Shown here: positions 30,551 through 41,195 of the stretch, piece by piece | Position numbering within the stretch: position 1 is the stretch's first letter | Layout of the letters: each line of letters starts with the position of its first letter | Assembly (NCBI GenBank): GCA_965205505.1 | Contig: CBDBHB010000009.1 | Span: 1,120,001-1,184,000 of the forward strand | Origin: Acidobacteriota bacterium | GTDB taxonomy: Bacteria > Acidobacteriota > UBA890 > WLXD01 | DNA length: 64,000 nucleotides | Direction of reading: 5' to 3' | The notes under the pieces: generated by a model | What the model saw: only the letters and a program-made list of their open reading frames with translations | The model's database searches: none | Told to the model about the DNA's origin: nothing | Translations under genes and position numbers: made by a program

Positions 30551-31588
30551 ATGCGATTTACCCTGGTGATCAACATGGAGCGCATGCACCCAGACGAGGA
30601 CATGCGCGACGTGGCGCGTCACGTCACCGAGATGGTGCAGATGGCGGATGCCGGTGGCTTCGACATTGTCTGGGCCGCCGAGCACCACGCCATCGAGATG
30701 ACTATCGCCCCAGGCCCCTTCCAGCTGCTGGCGCACTTGGCCGCGCATACTTCACGTATTCGCCTCGGCACCGCCGTGGTCGTCGCCCCCTACTGGCATC
30801 CGATCAAGCTGGCCGGCGAGGCGGCGATGATCGACCTGCTTTCCGGCGGTCGCCTCGAGCTCGGTATCGGCAAGGGCGCCTACCAGCGCGAGTTCGATCG
30901 AATGGTCGATGGCATCGATCTGAATCAGGGCGTGCCGATGATGCTCGAGATGATGCCGGCGCTGAAGGCCCTCTGGCGAGGCGACTACGCGCATGACGGG
31001 GAGTACTGGTCGTTCCCCGCCACCACGTCGTGCCCCAAGCCGCTGCAAAAGCCCCATCCCCCGCTTTGGGTGGCGGCGCGCCATCCGACGTCGTTCGACT
31101 CGGCGGTAGAGCACGGCTGCAGCGTCATGACCTGGGCCCTGACCCGGCCGTTCGCCGAAGTCGAGGCCTACATGGGTCGCTTCGAGGACGCCGTTGCCAA
31201 CCATCCTGAAGCAGAGCGGCCTCGTTTCATGACCATGCGCCACGCGGCCGTCTATGAGCGACCCGAGGACGCCGATACCTATGTCAACGCGGTCATCCTG
31301 CAGGGGGGTCAGTTCGAGAACTTATTCGGGCAGCTAGCGCCGGTGGTAGAGGGATTTCCCGAGGCCGTGTCGTTCGAGAAGCTCAGGAACCGCGCCGAGT
31401 ACGAGCCCGAGGTGTTGCTCGAGAACCTTATCTTCGGGTCTCCCGACCAGGTGATCGAGAAGCTGAGACCCTACGAAGCGCTCGGTGTCGACTACTTCTG
31501 TTACTGCGCCAGCTACGGCTGCCCGATGCCGGAGCAGAAGACGTCGCTACGACTGTTCATCGATGAGGTGATGCCGGCTTTCCAGTAG
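30551..31588 (+). CDS. LLM class flavin-dependent oxidoreductase
   Basis: WAAEHH, IRLGTAV, GRLELGIGKG, PKPLQKPHPP. Confidence 0.93.
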   Translation: MRFTLVINMERMHPDEDMRDVARHVTEMVQMADAGGFDIVWAAEHHAIEMTIAPGPFQLLAHLAAHTSRIRLGTAVVVAPYWHPIKLAGEAAMIDLLSGGRLELGIGKGAYQREFDRMVDGIDLNQGVPMMLEMMPALKALWRGDYAHDGEYWSFPATTSCPKPLQKPHPPLWVAARHPTSFDSAVEHGCSVMTWALTRPFAEVEAYMGRFEDAVANHPEAERPRFMTMRHAAVYERPEDADTYVNAVILQGGQFENLFGQLAPVVEGFPEAVSFEKLRNRAEYEPEVLLENLIFGSPDQVIEKLRPYEALGVDYFCYCASYGCPMPEQKTSLRLFIDEVMPAFQ

Positions 31589-31678
31589 CTGCCGTGACGC
31601 GTGAAGGAGGTGCGCCGCGACACCCGCAGCCGACCACGCAACGTGCGAGAATCCAACAATCAAGGACGGGAGCCGACG

Positions 31679-31930
31679 ATGCCGATCTACGAATACTCCT
31701 GCAATGCATGCAGCGACAGCTTCGAGATCCTCGTGTTGACGAACACGACGCTCGAATGCCCCTCCTGCGCAAGTCGAGACCTCGAGCGCTTGATCTCGCA
31801 GCCGTCGGTGCACTCCGAAGGCACGCACCGCATGGCCATGCGAGCTGCCAAGAAGCGTGACCGGGCGCTCGCCACGGATCGCGCCATCGAGCAGCGCAAG
31901 TACGAAGAGAGTCACGACCGGCACGGTTGA
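31679..31930 (+). CDS. FmdB family zinc-ribbon protein
   Basis: MPIYEYSCNAC...CPSCAS. Confidence 0.88.
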   Translation: MPIYEYSCNACSDSFEILVLTNTTLECPSCASRDLERLISQPSVHSEGTHRMAMRAAKKRDRALATDRAIEQRKYEESHDRHG

Positions 31931-31933
31931 GCC

Positions 31934-33184
31934 TTGATTCGCGCCATCGCTCCTGTTGCAACGTTGTTGTTCGGTGTGGCGATTCTGCTCGCCGGTCAGG
32001 GCCTGCAAAGCGTGCTGATTCCCGTCCGGGCGTCGCTCGAGCACTTCTCGACCGTGTCCATCGGCCTGATGGGCGGGGCGTATTTCCTAGGGTTCACCTT
32101 TGGCTGCTTGCGCGGTGGCGACTTGGTGCGCCGCGTGGGCCACGTTCGGGTGTTCGCCGCGATGACCGCTGTCGCTTCCGCCGCGCCGCTGCTGCACGGG
32201 CTTTGGGCGGCCGTCTGGATGTGGGCGGTCTTGCGGGTCATTTCCGGCTACTGCTTTGCAGTGCTCTACGTGGTCATCGAGAGCTGGCTCAACGAGCATG
32301 CAACCAACGAGACACGGGGCACGGTGTTCTCGGCCTATGTCCTGATCACCCTGACCGTTCTCGCCGTCGGACAGCAGATGCTGCTGCTCTACGATCCGAA
32401 TCGCATGGCGCTGTTCGCGATCGCCTCGGCCTTGGTCTCGTTGGCCGCCGTACCGGTGGTGCTGTCGAGCTCCGCCACCCCGCAGCAACCCGAGACGATC
32501 AAGGTCGACATCCCGCATCTATACCGGCTTTCCCCGGCCGGTGTCACAGGGTCCCTGGCCGCGGGACTCGCCGCCGGCACGTTCTGGTCGCTGGCGCCAG
32601 TGTTCACTGCCGCGCAGTCCTCGGACGTGAATCTAGCGGCATGGTTCATGACCGCGAGCGTGCTCGGCGGTGCCGTCGGTCAGTGGCCCCTCGGCCGGTG
32701 GTCTGATCGTGTCGATCGACGCCTGGTGCTGGCGGTGATCACGCTCGTGGCGGCCGCCACCGGCGCGGCTATGTGGCTCATGGCGCCGCAGCTATCGATG
32801 CTGGGCATCATCGCGCTCGCAGCCGTCTGGGGCGCGGTGTCTTTCCCCATGTACTCGATATCGGCGGCCCATGCCAACGACTATGCCGAGCCCGACGAGT
32901 ACGTCCCGGTCTCGAGCGGCCTGCTGCTGATGTACGGGATCGGAGCGGTCATCGGGCCGTTCATTGCCTCCGCAATGATGACCTGGCTGGCGCCAGGGGG
33001 CCTCTATCTGTTTACCGGGTTTGTCAACGTCATCTTCGGCGTCTATCTGGTGTTTCGTACGCTGCGGCGCGCGCCGCCGTCGGAGCGAGCCCCGTTTACC
33101 GATGCCCTGGCGTCGGTGCAGACGGCCTCGAGCGTGTACGAAGAAGAGCTGTGCGACGAGGAGTTGGGCGAAGCGGAGTCATGA
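31934..33184 (+). CDS. MFS transporter (YcaD-like)
   Basis: About 12 TM helices; RRVGHVRVF, ESWLN, SDRVDRR. Confidence 0.88.
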   Translation: MIRAIAPVATLLFGVAILLAGQGLQSVLIPVRASLEHFSTVSIGLMGGAYFLGFTFGCLRGGDLVRRVGHVRVFAAMTAVASAAPLLHGLWAAVWMWAVLRVISGYCFAVLYVVIESWLNEHATNETRGTVFSAYVLITLTVLAVGQQMLLLYDPNRMALFAIASALVSLAAVPVVLSSSATPQQPETIKVDIPHLYRLSPAGVTGSLAAGLAAGTFWSLAPVFTAAQSSDVNLAAWFMTASVLGGAVGQWPLGRWSDRVDRRLVLAVITLVAAATGAAMWLMAPQLSMLGIIALAAVWGAVSFPMYSISAAHANDYAEPDEYVPVSSGLLLMYGIGAVIGPFIASAMMTWLAPGGLYLFTGFVNVIFGVYLVFRTLRRAPPSERAPFTDALASVQTASSVYEEELCDEELGEAES

Positions 33185-33212
33185 GCCGGAATCCGCGCCC
33201 ACCGCGCGGCGC

Positions 33213-35513
33213 TCAGCGCTCGTTGCTGCCGAGCTCGAAAGAGCGCCGGGCCATCTCCTCGATCCGATCGGTGCTCTCGGTGATACGGATGAAACGGTCG
33301 GCGAGCACGTCATGAAAGATCTGCGTCTGTCCGCTGGTCGGCCAGTAGATCTCGAGGAGATCCACACTCGAGGCTGCTCCCAGACCGACCTCGGCACGCA
33401 GCGGGTTGGCGCCGAAGCTGCTGCCGCTGCCTACGTGTCGGTAGATTGAGCGTCGGAGGCCGTCTGACTCGACCTCGAGGCGAATGCGTGCACCGATTGC
33501 GGCGCGGTTCGATTGCGTGCCGACGAGCTTGATGGCGATCCAGTGGTTGCCGAAGCCGGGATTCTCGTACAGGGCGTTGAAGTAGGCGTCCTGCGGATAG
33601 AAGCCGCCGAGTTGCTCGAAGACATCCTGATCACCATCGTTGTCGATATCGGCGAAGGCGACCGCGTGGCCCTTGGCGAGGTGGCCAAAGCCACCTGCGT
33701 AGGTGACGTTTGTGAAGCGCTCTCCGCCGACGCTCCTGTACATCACGTTCGGCAGCAGAGCCTCGTAGCCCGGATAGCCGGTGCCGAGGAAGTAGTCGAG
33801 GTAGCCGTCGTTGTCGAGATCGCCGAAGTTGGAGCCCATCGGCAACGTTGCTTGGCCGATACCGTATTGCACTGCCACCTCGCGGAAGCCGCCTTGGCCG
33901 TCGCCGAGATAGAGGCGGGGAATCTTGGTGGTACGAGCTTCGTCCATCACGCTTGCCGCCGCCGGGGCGACGCGCGGCCCCCGGTGCTCGTCCGGGACCC
34001 CGTAGTTGTTCACCAGCAAGTCGAGCGCGCCGTCGTTATCGACGTCCCAGAACCACGTCGAGAATCCGGACGTCGGTGCTACAACCCCGACTTCGGGCGC
34101 CACGTCGGTGAACGTGCCGTCGCGGTTGTTGCGGTAAAGCCGGTTGTCGCCGTCCAGGTTCGATACGTAGAGGTCCGCAAAGCGGTCGCCATCGTAGTCG
34201 CCCCACGCGACGCCCTTGGCGCGCCGGAAGTTGCGCACGCCGGCGTTGTCGGCGACGTCGGTGAATGTGCCGTTTCCGTTGTTGCGGAACAGCTGTGATG
34301 GGCTTATCTGAGCGACGCTCGACTCGTTGCCCACGAACAGATCGAGGTCGCCGTCGTTGTCATAGTCGGCCCACCCCGCAGTCTGTGTCGGATAGTCAAC
34401 GGCCGCCAGGCCGGCCTCGAAGGTCACGTCGGTGAAGGTCAGATCGCCGTTGTTGCGCAGCAACGAGTTCGGCATGCGTCCGTCGGCTTCCAGCCAGGCA
34501 CCGCGCAGCACTAGGACGTCGAGGTCGCCGTCGTTGTCGTAGTCCGCTTGGTTGATATTGAGCCCGCCGAAGATACCTGCGAGGTTTGCAGCTTCGGTGA
34601 GCTCGACGAACGCACCGTCGCCCTGGTTGCGGAAGAAACGGAGCTGACCGTTGGAGTCCAGCGTCGAGGACACGACGTCGAGGTAGCCGTCGTTGTCGAA
34701 GTCGTCGACGATGGCGCCTCCGGCGTGGTCATAGCTGTCGAGCCGGGCCGCTGCGGCGACATTCTCGAAGCTCGGGAAGCCCTCATTCCCTTCGAATACG
34801 GTCGGGCTGAATGCCAATCCCTCGGGAACGCCGCCTGGATAGCGGCCAAGCTGCATGTACGCGATGTTGGCGAGCCACTTGGCGGTGAGATATAGCGCAT
34901 GTTGCGGCGGGATGTTCCGCAGCAGCCGCACCAGATGGCCCAGCGCCGCGTCGGCCGGCTCGACCTCTCGATGCGCTCCGGATGGCCCGGCCACGAGAAC
35001 GCAGCCGTTGTCGATACGTAGATCCACACAATTGGCCGTCATCGCCTCGCGTAGATACCCGACTGCTAGCCAGAAGTCGATGTTCGGTCCTACCGAAGCC
35101 CGTTCTGGGCCAGACAGGCCCGGGATCGACTCGAGCACCTGCTCGAGACGTTCGATTCCGCCTTGAACACCGATGCGGAGCTCAAACGCACCGAGCCTGC
35201 TGAGCCTTGCCGCTCGCTCGAGCGGCGAGGAGCCGGCAGCAGTTGCAGCGAGCTCCCTCCGTAGCCTTTCGACGTCTGCCGCTTCCTGGAAGGCGAGGGG
35301 CTTCGAGCGGCCGATTTCCGCCAGCAACGCCACCATCCTGGCGTGGCCAGAGGAGACCGTCTGCTGTTGAGCAGCCAAAGCGTTGACGACCCACCCGCTG
35401 CCTTCAACGTGGCTCGCCGCGTTTGGCGGGGGCTGAACGGGCGGTTCGGCGAGCCCAGCAACCATGGGGCTTCCGGCCAACAGCAGCAATAGCGCCAAGC
35501 GGAATCGGGACAT
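33213..35513 (-). CDS. CRTAC1/ASPIC-UnbV FG-GAP repeat protein
   Basis: Repeated DYDNDGDLD and RNNGDGTFTDV; C-terminal SNRAAIGARI..GLG..IYWP. Confidence 0.9.
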   Translation of the reverse strand: MSRFRLALLLLLAGSPMVAGLAEPPVQPPPNAASHVEGSGWVVNALAAQQQTVSSGHARMVALLAEIGRSKPLAFQEAADVERLRRELAATAAGSSPLERAARLSRLGAFELRIGVQGGIERLEQVLESIPGLSGPERASVGPNIDFWLAVGYLREAMTANCVDLRIDNGCVLVAGPSGAHREVEPADAALGHLVRLLRNIPPQHALYLTAKWLANIAYMQLGRYPGGVPEGLAFSPTVFEGNEGFPSFENVAAAARLDSYDHAGGAIVDDFDNDGYLDVVSSTLDSNGQLRFFRNQGDGAFVELTEAANLAGIFGGLNINQADYDNDGDLDVLVLRGAWLEADGRMPNSLLRNNGDLTFTDVTFEAGLAAVDYPTQTAGWADYDNDGDLDLFVGNESSVAQISPSQLFRNNGNGTFTDVADNAGVRNFRRAKGVAWGDYDGDRFADLYVSNLDGDNRLYRNNRDGTFTDVAPEVGVVAPTSGFSTWFWDVDNDGALDLLVNNYGVPDEHRGPRVAPAAASVMDEARTTKIPRLYLGDGQGGFREVAVQYGIGQATLPMGSNFGDLDNDGYLDYFLGTGYPGYEALLPNVMYRSVGGERFTNVTYAGGFGHLAKGHAVAFADIDNDGDQDVFEQLGGFYPQDAYFNALYENPGFGNHWIAIKLVGTQSNRAAIGARIRLEVESDGLRRSIYRHVGSGSSFGANPLRAEVGLGAASSVDLLEIYWPTSGQTQIFHDVLADRFIRITESTDRIEEMARRSFELGSNER

Positions 35514-35583
35514 GGCGCGATTCTAAGCGACAACAAGGCGGCTGTCGGCCTGTCCTGGTTCTGTTCCCAGTCGCTTCCTACCG

Positions 35584-36309
35584 TCAGCTGAACTCGAACG
35601 TCACGGTCGTGCGTCCGCCGGAGATCACGATCTCCCGGGTAAGCGTGCCGAGCGCTTCGTGCCGCGCCTCGATGACGTATGACCCATCCGGGATCTGGTC
35701 GATCGTGAAGTTCCCGTCGTCGTCGGTAGTGGCATGGTACGGATGGCCGAACACGCTCAGGAACGCCGTCATCCACGGATGCACGTCGCAACGAATCGGA
35801 ATTCCGAGCTCCGGGGTGTCGAAGACGCGCCGCGTCTCCAGGCCTTGAATCGGCTGGCCGACGTTGAATTCGGGGCTGGCTGTCGGTCGCACGTGGATGC
35901 TGTGCAACGTCGGGTCGCTATTGCGAAACACCACCGTCTGACCCACGGTGGCCCGCAGCACGTGGGGCGTGTAAACGCACCCCTTCTGATCGAACACGAC
36001 CTCCGTATTGCCGCCGCCGCCGCGGGCATCACGCAGATAGACGACGACGTCGCGAAGTCCGCCCGAATCGCCGACATCTACCGGGCGGAGCATCATTGCT
36101 TCGGAGTGTTGCGACGAACAGTACGGCTCGGCCGCCAACGCCGCCGCCGTCGGTTCGGGCGCTACGCCGGTGAATGCTATGTGCCCCGCGACAGAGCCTT
36201 GCGCCGGCGGCTCGACCGATCCGATTCCCTTTGCCGGCTTCGACAGCAACGCAGCGCCGACGAACACGAGCACCGCCGCAAACAGTACGAATTTTCGCGA
36301 AGCACCCAT
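35584..36309 (-). CDS. Exported protein with cupredoxin-like and carboxypeptidase-regulatory-like domains
   Basis: DQKGCVYTPH, NSDPTLHSIH, CDVHPWM, HPY..TDDDGNF. Confidence 0.8.
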   Translation of the reverse strand: MGASRKFVLFAAVLVFVGAALLSKPAKGIGSVEPPAQGSVAGHIAFTGVAPEPTAAALAAEPYCSSQHSEAMMLRPVDVGDSGGLRDVVVYLRDARGGGGNTEVVFDQKGCVYTPHVLRATVGQTVVFRNSDPTLHSIHVRPTASPEFNVGQPIQGLETRRVFDTPELGIPIRCDVHPWMTAFLSVFGHPYHATTDDDGNFTIDQIPDGSYVIEARHEALGTLTREIVISGGRTTVTFEFS

Positions 36310-36341
36310 GCACAAGCCTACGAACGCTGCCGAGAGCGGCC

Positions 36342-37502
36342 CTACCAGCCGTCGAAAAAACCGCCATCGAACCAATCCCACAGCACGTACATTAGCAACT
36401 GCGTGCTTCGTGTGTGCGAGTTGGTCAGCTGTAGGCGAACGCCGACGTTGAGTAGTATGTGCTGGCGCTGATTCAGCGACATCTGCAGCTGCGGCACCAA
36501 GCTCCAGTCGACCCTGGCGCCGTCCGTCAATGCGACATCGCCGAGCACTTCGACCATTGGCGACCAGGTCCGTCCGAAATCGGCTTGGCTCCAGCTCCCA
36601 CCGACCACCGCTCGCCAGAGCGCCTCGTGGGACACCTTTTCGCGATCGGTGGAGAGCTCCACAGCCCCGAAAAGCTGCAGAAACAGATTGTTTGGCAGGA
36701 TCTGGCCGTAGGCGACGAAGGGCTCGAATCTCGCGACACCGGTGCCGAGACCCTGTTCTGTGCTGCCGGTGGGCAGGATCACCTCGCCGCCGACCGCCGC
36801 GATGGATCCGCTTTCGACGCTATGGTGAACTGTGTGCTTCACCGCGACGGCGATATCTCCCACACCGATGTTGCCCCAGCCGGCCTTGCCCGAGAGCTCG
36901 CGGGCGCCGAATGGCACGATGACCTCCCACATGCTGCGCGGTCCGAAGCGCTTCTCGTAGGTGATCTCGTTGAGCACGCCGCCGGCGCCGCTCGTGTTGA
37001 CGCCGAGCGTATAGACGGCCTCGTCCTCCGGAAACGCTTTCTCCGTAACCAGGGCGCGGGGTAGATTGAGCTCCCCACGCGGCCAGCGCTTGTCGGTGCA
37101 GAAGGTGCGCAGGTGATCCATGATCAGCTGCAGCTGCTGCATCGAGAAGGCCTCACCGAAGGCGGGCATGCTCGAGCTGAAGCCGCGCGACGGGCCGCCC
37201 TGATGGCTCACCGTGATCCAGTCGGCGTCGGGCTCGCGCGCGCCGAAGGAGCAGTCGGTAAAGTCGGGCAGGGGGTCGGTGAAAGCGACCTTCTCCAGAT
37301 CAACGCCACGACCGTCAGGCGCGTGACAGCTCGCGCAACCGATCTCGTAGAGCCCCCTTGGGGTCGTCGGGTACTGCGGTCCCTGCGCCACGGCAACCTG
37401 GGGCAACCCGAAGATCACGACCAGGAGGAATACGGCGCGTACGATCGTCACGCTGGTACGCTCCTGCAAAGGCGCAATCGTACTCCATTCTCTGGCGAGC
37501 AT
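36342..37502 (-). CDS. Cytochrome c (single CxxCH) fused to a putative outer-membrane beta-barrel
   Basis: CASCHAPDG, SMPAFG (Met ligand), then amphipathic strands ending YVLWDWFDGGFFDGW. Confidence 0.75.
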   Translation of the reverse strand: MLAREWSTIAPLQERTSVTIVRAVFLLVVIFGLPQVAVAQGPQYPTTPRGLYEIGCASCHAPDGRGVDLEKVAFTDPLPDFTDCSFGAREPDADWITVSHQGGPSRGFSSSMPAFGEAFSMQQLQLIMDHLRTFCTDKRWPRGELNLPRALVTEKAFPEDEAVYTLGVNTSGAGGVLNEITYEKRFGPRSMWEVIVPFGARELSGKAGWGNIGVGDIAVAVKHTVHHSVESGSIAAVGGEVILPTGSTEQGLGTGVARFEPFVAYGQILPNNLFLQLFGAVELSTDREKVSHEALWRAVVGGSWSQADFGRTWSPMVEVLGDVALTDGARVDWSLVPQLQMSLNQRQHILLNVGVRLQLTNSHTRSTQLLMYVLWDWFDGGFFDGW

Positions 37503-37657
37503 GGTGCGAATCGCGTCGGGCTGGCGAGGACCCTTTCGGCCGCTGTTCGGACGTCTGCAGCTGGTCGATGTAGGCGGGCGTTTGCTGCGCCAGTGTAGGG
37601 TTCTGACCGACCGTGGCGAGTGCCGGGCGCGTTTGCCCTGAGCGGAGCGAGGGAACG

Positions 37658-39877
37658 TTGAGCACGAGCGATTTCATTGAGGTTCGCAATCTCAGGATCG
37701 CCAAGTCGCTGTACGAGTTGGTTCGATCCGAGATCGCCCCTGGTACGGGGCTGGATCCTGACGAGGTGTGGAACGCTCTCGGTCGGATCGTGGAGGATCT
37801 CGGACCGGAGAATCGCCGGTTGCTGGAGGCCCGTGTGCTACACGAGCAACAGCTCGACAGCTGGTATCAGGAACGATTCGGGCAGGCCATCGACGAGAAC
37901 GAGTACCGGGGTTTCCTCCTGTCAACGGGCTACCTGCTTCCCGAGGGCGAAGATTTCCAGATCACCACCGAGAACGTCGATCCGGAGATCACGTCCATCG
38001 CCGGCCCGCAGCTCGTCGTGCCGGTGGACAACGCTCGATATGCCTTGAATGCGGCCAACGCGCGCTGGGGAAGCCTCTACGATGCGCTCTACGGGACCGA
38101 CGTGATCCCCGAGGACGACGGGGCGACGAAAGGGGCCGCGTACAACGTCGTTAGAGGCTCCCGAGTCGTCGCGTGGGCTGAGCAGTTCCTCGATGACGTA
38201 GCTCCGCTTGCTCAGGGCAGCCACTCTGATGCCGTTGGATTTCAGCTCGAAGACGGTGAGGACGGCAAGCGTCTGATCGTTCGGCTCGCCAACGGGCAGC
38301 AGACGCGGCTCGCAGAAGAGTCGGAGCTGGTCGGCTACACGGAGGAGGCGGGCACCCTCAGCGCGGTACTGCTCAGCAACAATGGACTGCACATTGAAAT
38401 CCGCATCGATCGCAGTCATCCGGTCGGGGCAGCGCATCCGGCGGGCGTGAGCGACGTGCAGCTGGAGAGCGCCGTCACGACAATCCAGGACTGCGAGGAT
38501 TCCGTTTCCGCTGTCGATGCCGCCGACAAGGTGGTCGTCTATCGCAACTGGCTCGGGATCATGAAGGGCTCCCTCGAGGCATCCTTCACGAAAAACCTCG
38601 AGCCGGTCGCCCGCCGGCTCAATCCCGATCGAACGTATCGAGCTGCTCGCGGCGGAACGCTTACCCTGCCTGGGCGCAGCCTGTTGTTGGTGCGAAACGT
38701 CGGTATCCACATGTACACGGACGCCGTGACCACCGCGGCGCGGGAGGCGATCCCCGAAGGGTTCCTCGACGCGTTGATCACCGCCTTCGCTGCCGTTCAC
38801 GATGTGAACGGAAACAGCTCAGTGCGCAACAGCCGCAGCGGCAGCATCTACATCGTCAAGCCGAAGCTCCACGGGCCCGAGGAGGTGGCCGCCACGGTCG
38901 AGCTGTTCGATCGTGTCGAGCAGACGCTAGGGTTGCCGCGTACGACGATCAAGATCGGGATCATGGACGAGGAGCGGCGCACCACGGTGAATCTCAAGGA
39001 GTGCATTCGCGCCGCCAAGGATCGCGTGGTCTTCATCAACACGGGATTCCTGGACCGCACCGGTGACGAGATCCACACCAGCATGCAGGCCGGGCCGATG
39101 ATCCCCAAGCCGGAGATCAGGAGCAGCCCATGAATGCTGGCCTACGAGGATTGGAACGTCGACGTGGGCATCGAGTGTGGCCTCCCTGGGCGGGGTCAGA
39201 TCGGCAAGGGCATGTGGGCGATGCCCGACCTGATGAGTGCGATGGTCGAGACCAAGGGCGAGCACCCCGCCTCGGGCGCCAGCACCGCATGGGTACCCTC
39301 GCCGACCGCCGCGACGCTGCATGCCCTGCACTACCACCGAGTGAACGTACGGGAGGTACAAGCGGCGACGGCCGCCCGCGCCCGGGCCCATCTGGGCGCC
39401 ATCCTCACGCCACCGCTTCTCGGTAGCCACCGACTGACCGACGAGGAGATCCAGCAGGAGCTGGACAACAACGCACAGGGCATTCTCGGCTACGTCGTTC
39501 GCTGGGTCGGACAGGGGATCGGCTGTTCCAAGGTGCCGGATATTGGTGACGTGGGTCTGATGGAGGATCGCGCCACCCTCCGAATCTCTAGCCAGCACAT
39601 CGCCAATTGGCTCCACCATGCGGTGGTTACCCAGGACCAGGTGGTCGCCACTCTCGAAAAGATGGCCGCGGTCGTCGACCGCCAGAATGCCGAGGATCCG
39701 GCATACACGCCGATGGTCCCGGAGCTCGAAGCCAGCGTGGAGTTCCAGGCGGCGCTGGATTTGGTCCTGAAGGGTCGGGACGAGCCCAACGGCTACACCG
39801 AGACCGTGCTCCATTCGCGCCGCCGAGAGTTGAAGGCCCGGAGCGGAGCGCATAGCGCGGCGGGTTCGACGTCATGA
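37658..39877 (+). pseudogene. glcB: Malate synthase G with in-frame TGA at 39131-39133
   Basis: [41 protein letters not shown]; [12 protein letters not shown]; [19 protein letters not shown]. Confidence 0.92.
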
Positions 39878-39955
39878 CTGGTGGACCTCTCTACACCTTC
39901 GCTCCGTTCGGTCCGGTGATCGCGACGGATCGCTCGGGTGCTCAGGCGACGTCGA

Positions 39956-41178
39956 TCAGCGGAGCTGTCGAAAGAAGGCGCGGATATCGTCGACAAGCAG
40001 CTCGGGCTCTTCGAGCGCGGCGAAGTGGCCGCCGCGCGGCATCTCGGTCCAGCGCGTGATGTTGTAACGGGCTTCGACCCAACTTCGCGGCGACAGCACA
40101 ACCTCTTCAGGGAACACCGCGTACGCCGTCGGGACCTGCACGGGTCCGTCCACTCCCGGGCTGGCTGAGTGCCGCCCTTCATAATAGAGCCGCATTGAGG
40201 AGGTGATCGACTGCGTCACCCAGTAGAGCATGACGTTGGTGATCAGTTCATCCTTGCTGAATCTGCTCTCCACATTGCCGTCGCTGGCGCTCCAGCTGCG
40301 GAATTTCTCGACCAGCCAAGCGGCCAATCCGGCCGGTGAGTCGTTGAGGCCATAGCCAAGAGTCTGCGGCTTGGTGCCCTGGATCTGGCCATAGCCCCAT
40401 TCTTCGCTCAACCAAGCCTGGCGCCGCTCCACCCACTCGATCTCCTGATCGGAGAGGCTTGCGTTGGGGTCTTCGGCGCCGGCGGGTGGTCCTATCCAGA
40501 TGAAGTTCAGGTGCACGCCGGCAACGTGATCGGGCTCGTTGCGACCTAGCCAAGCGCTGACCGATGAGCCCCAATCTCCCCCCTGAACGCCGTAACGTTC
40601 GTAGCCGAGACGTGCCATCAGCCGAGCGACGACCTGGCCCACCCGCCCGCTGTTGAACCCCCTTCCGTTCGGCTTCCCCGAGAAGCCTAGCCGGGTATCG
40701 ACGGGCAGATCACATGAAACGCATCCTCGGCGCGACCCCCATACGCGACCGGATCGGTCAGCGGTCCGATGATCTTGGCGAACTCGAAGACCGACCCCGG
40801 CCAACCGTGGGTGATCACCAGCGGCATCGCATCCGGTTCCTTCGAGCGCTGATGGATGAAGTGAACTCTTTGGTCGTCGATCTGGGCTGTGAACTGGTCG
40901 AAGCGGTTGAGCCGGCGCTCCTGCTCACGCCAGTCGTACTCTGTGAGCCAATATTCGATCAGCTCACGCAGGTACCCCAGCTCAGTACCGTAGTCCCACC
41001 CCGCTCCATCGATCTGATCTGGAAAGCGGGTGCGCTCGAGGCGCTGTCGGAGGTCGTCGAGAACCTCGTCGTCGACGCTGATCTCGAAAGCCGCAACAGA
41101 GAGCACTTGATCTTGACCGATGCCCGCAACGGGCAACGTCGACAGGATAATGATCGACGATACGATGCGTCCCCACAT
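39956..41178 (-). pseudogene. Epoxide hydrolase (EHN domain), 1-nt frameshift near 40688
   Basis: YDWREQE, HGWPGS, PSIPG[Y]GFS broken, QGGDWG, GGHFAALEEP. Confidence 0.9.
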
Positions 41179-41195
41179 GCGGGCCCCCGCAACCC

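Noticed and set aside
33700-34720. Repeated GTCGTTGTCG-type motifs as a possible CRISPR or DNA repeat array
   Set aside because: They encode FG-GAP (DxDNDG) protein repeats; no constant repeat-spacer period and no cas genes.
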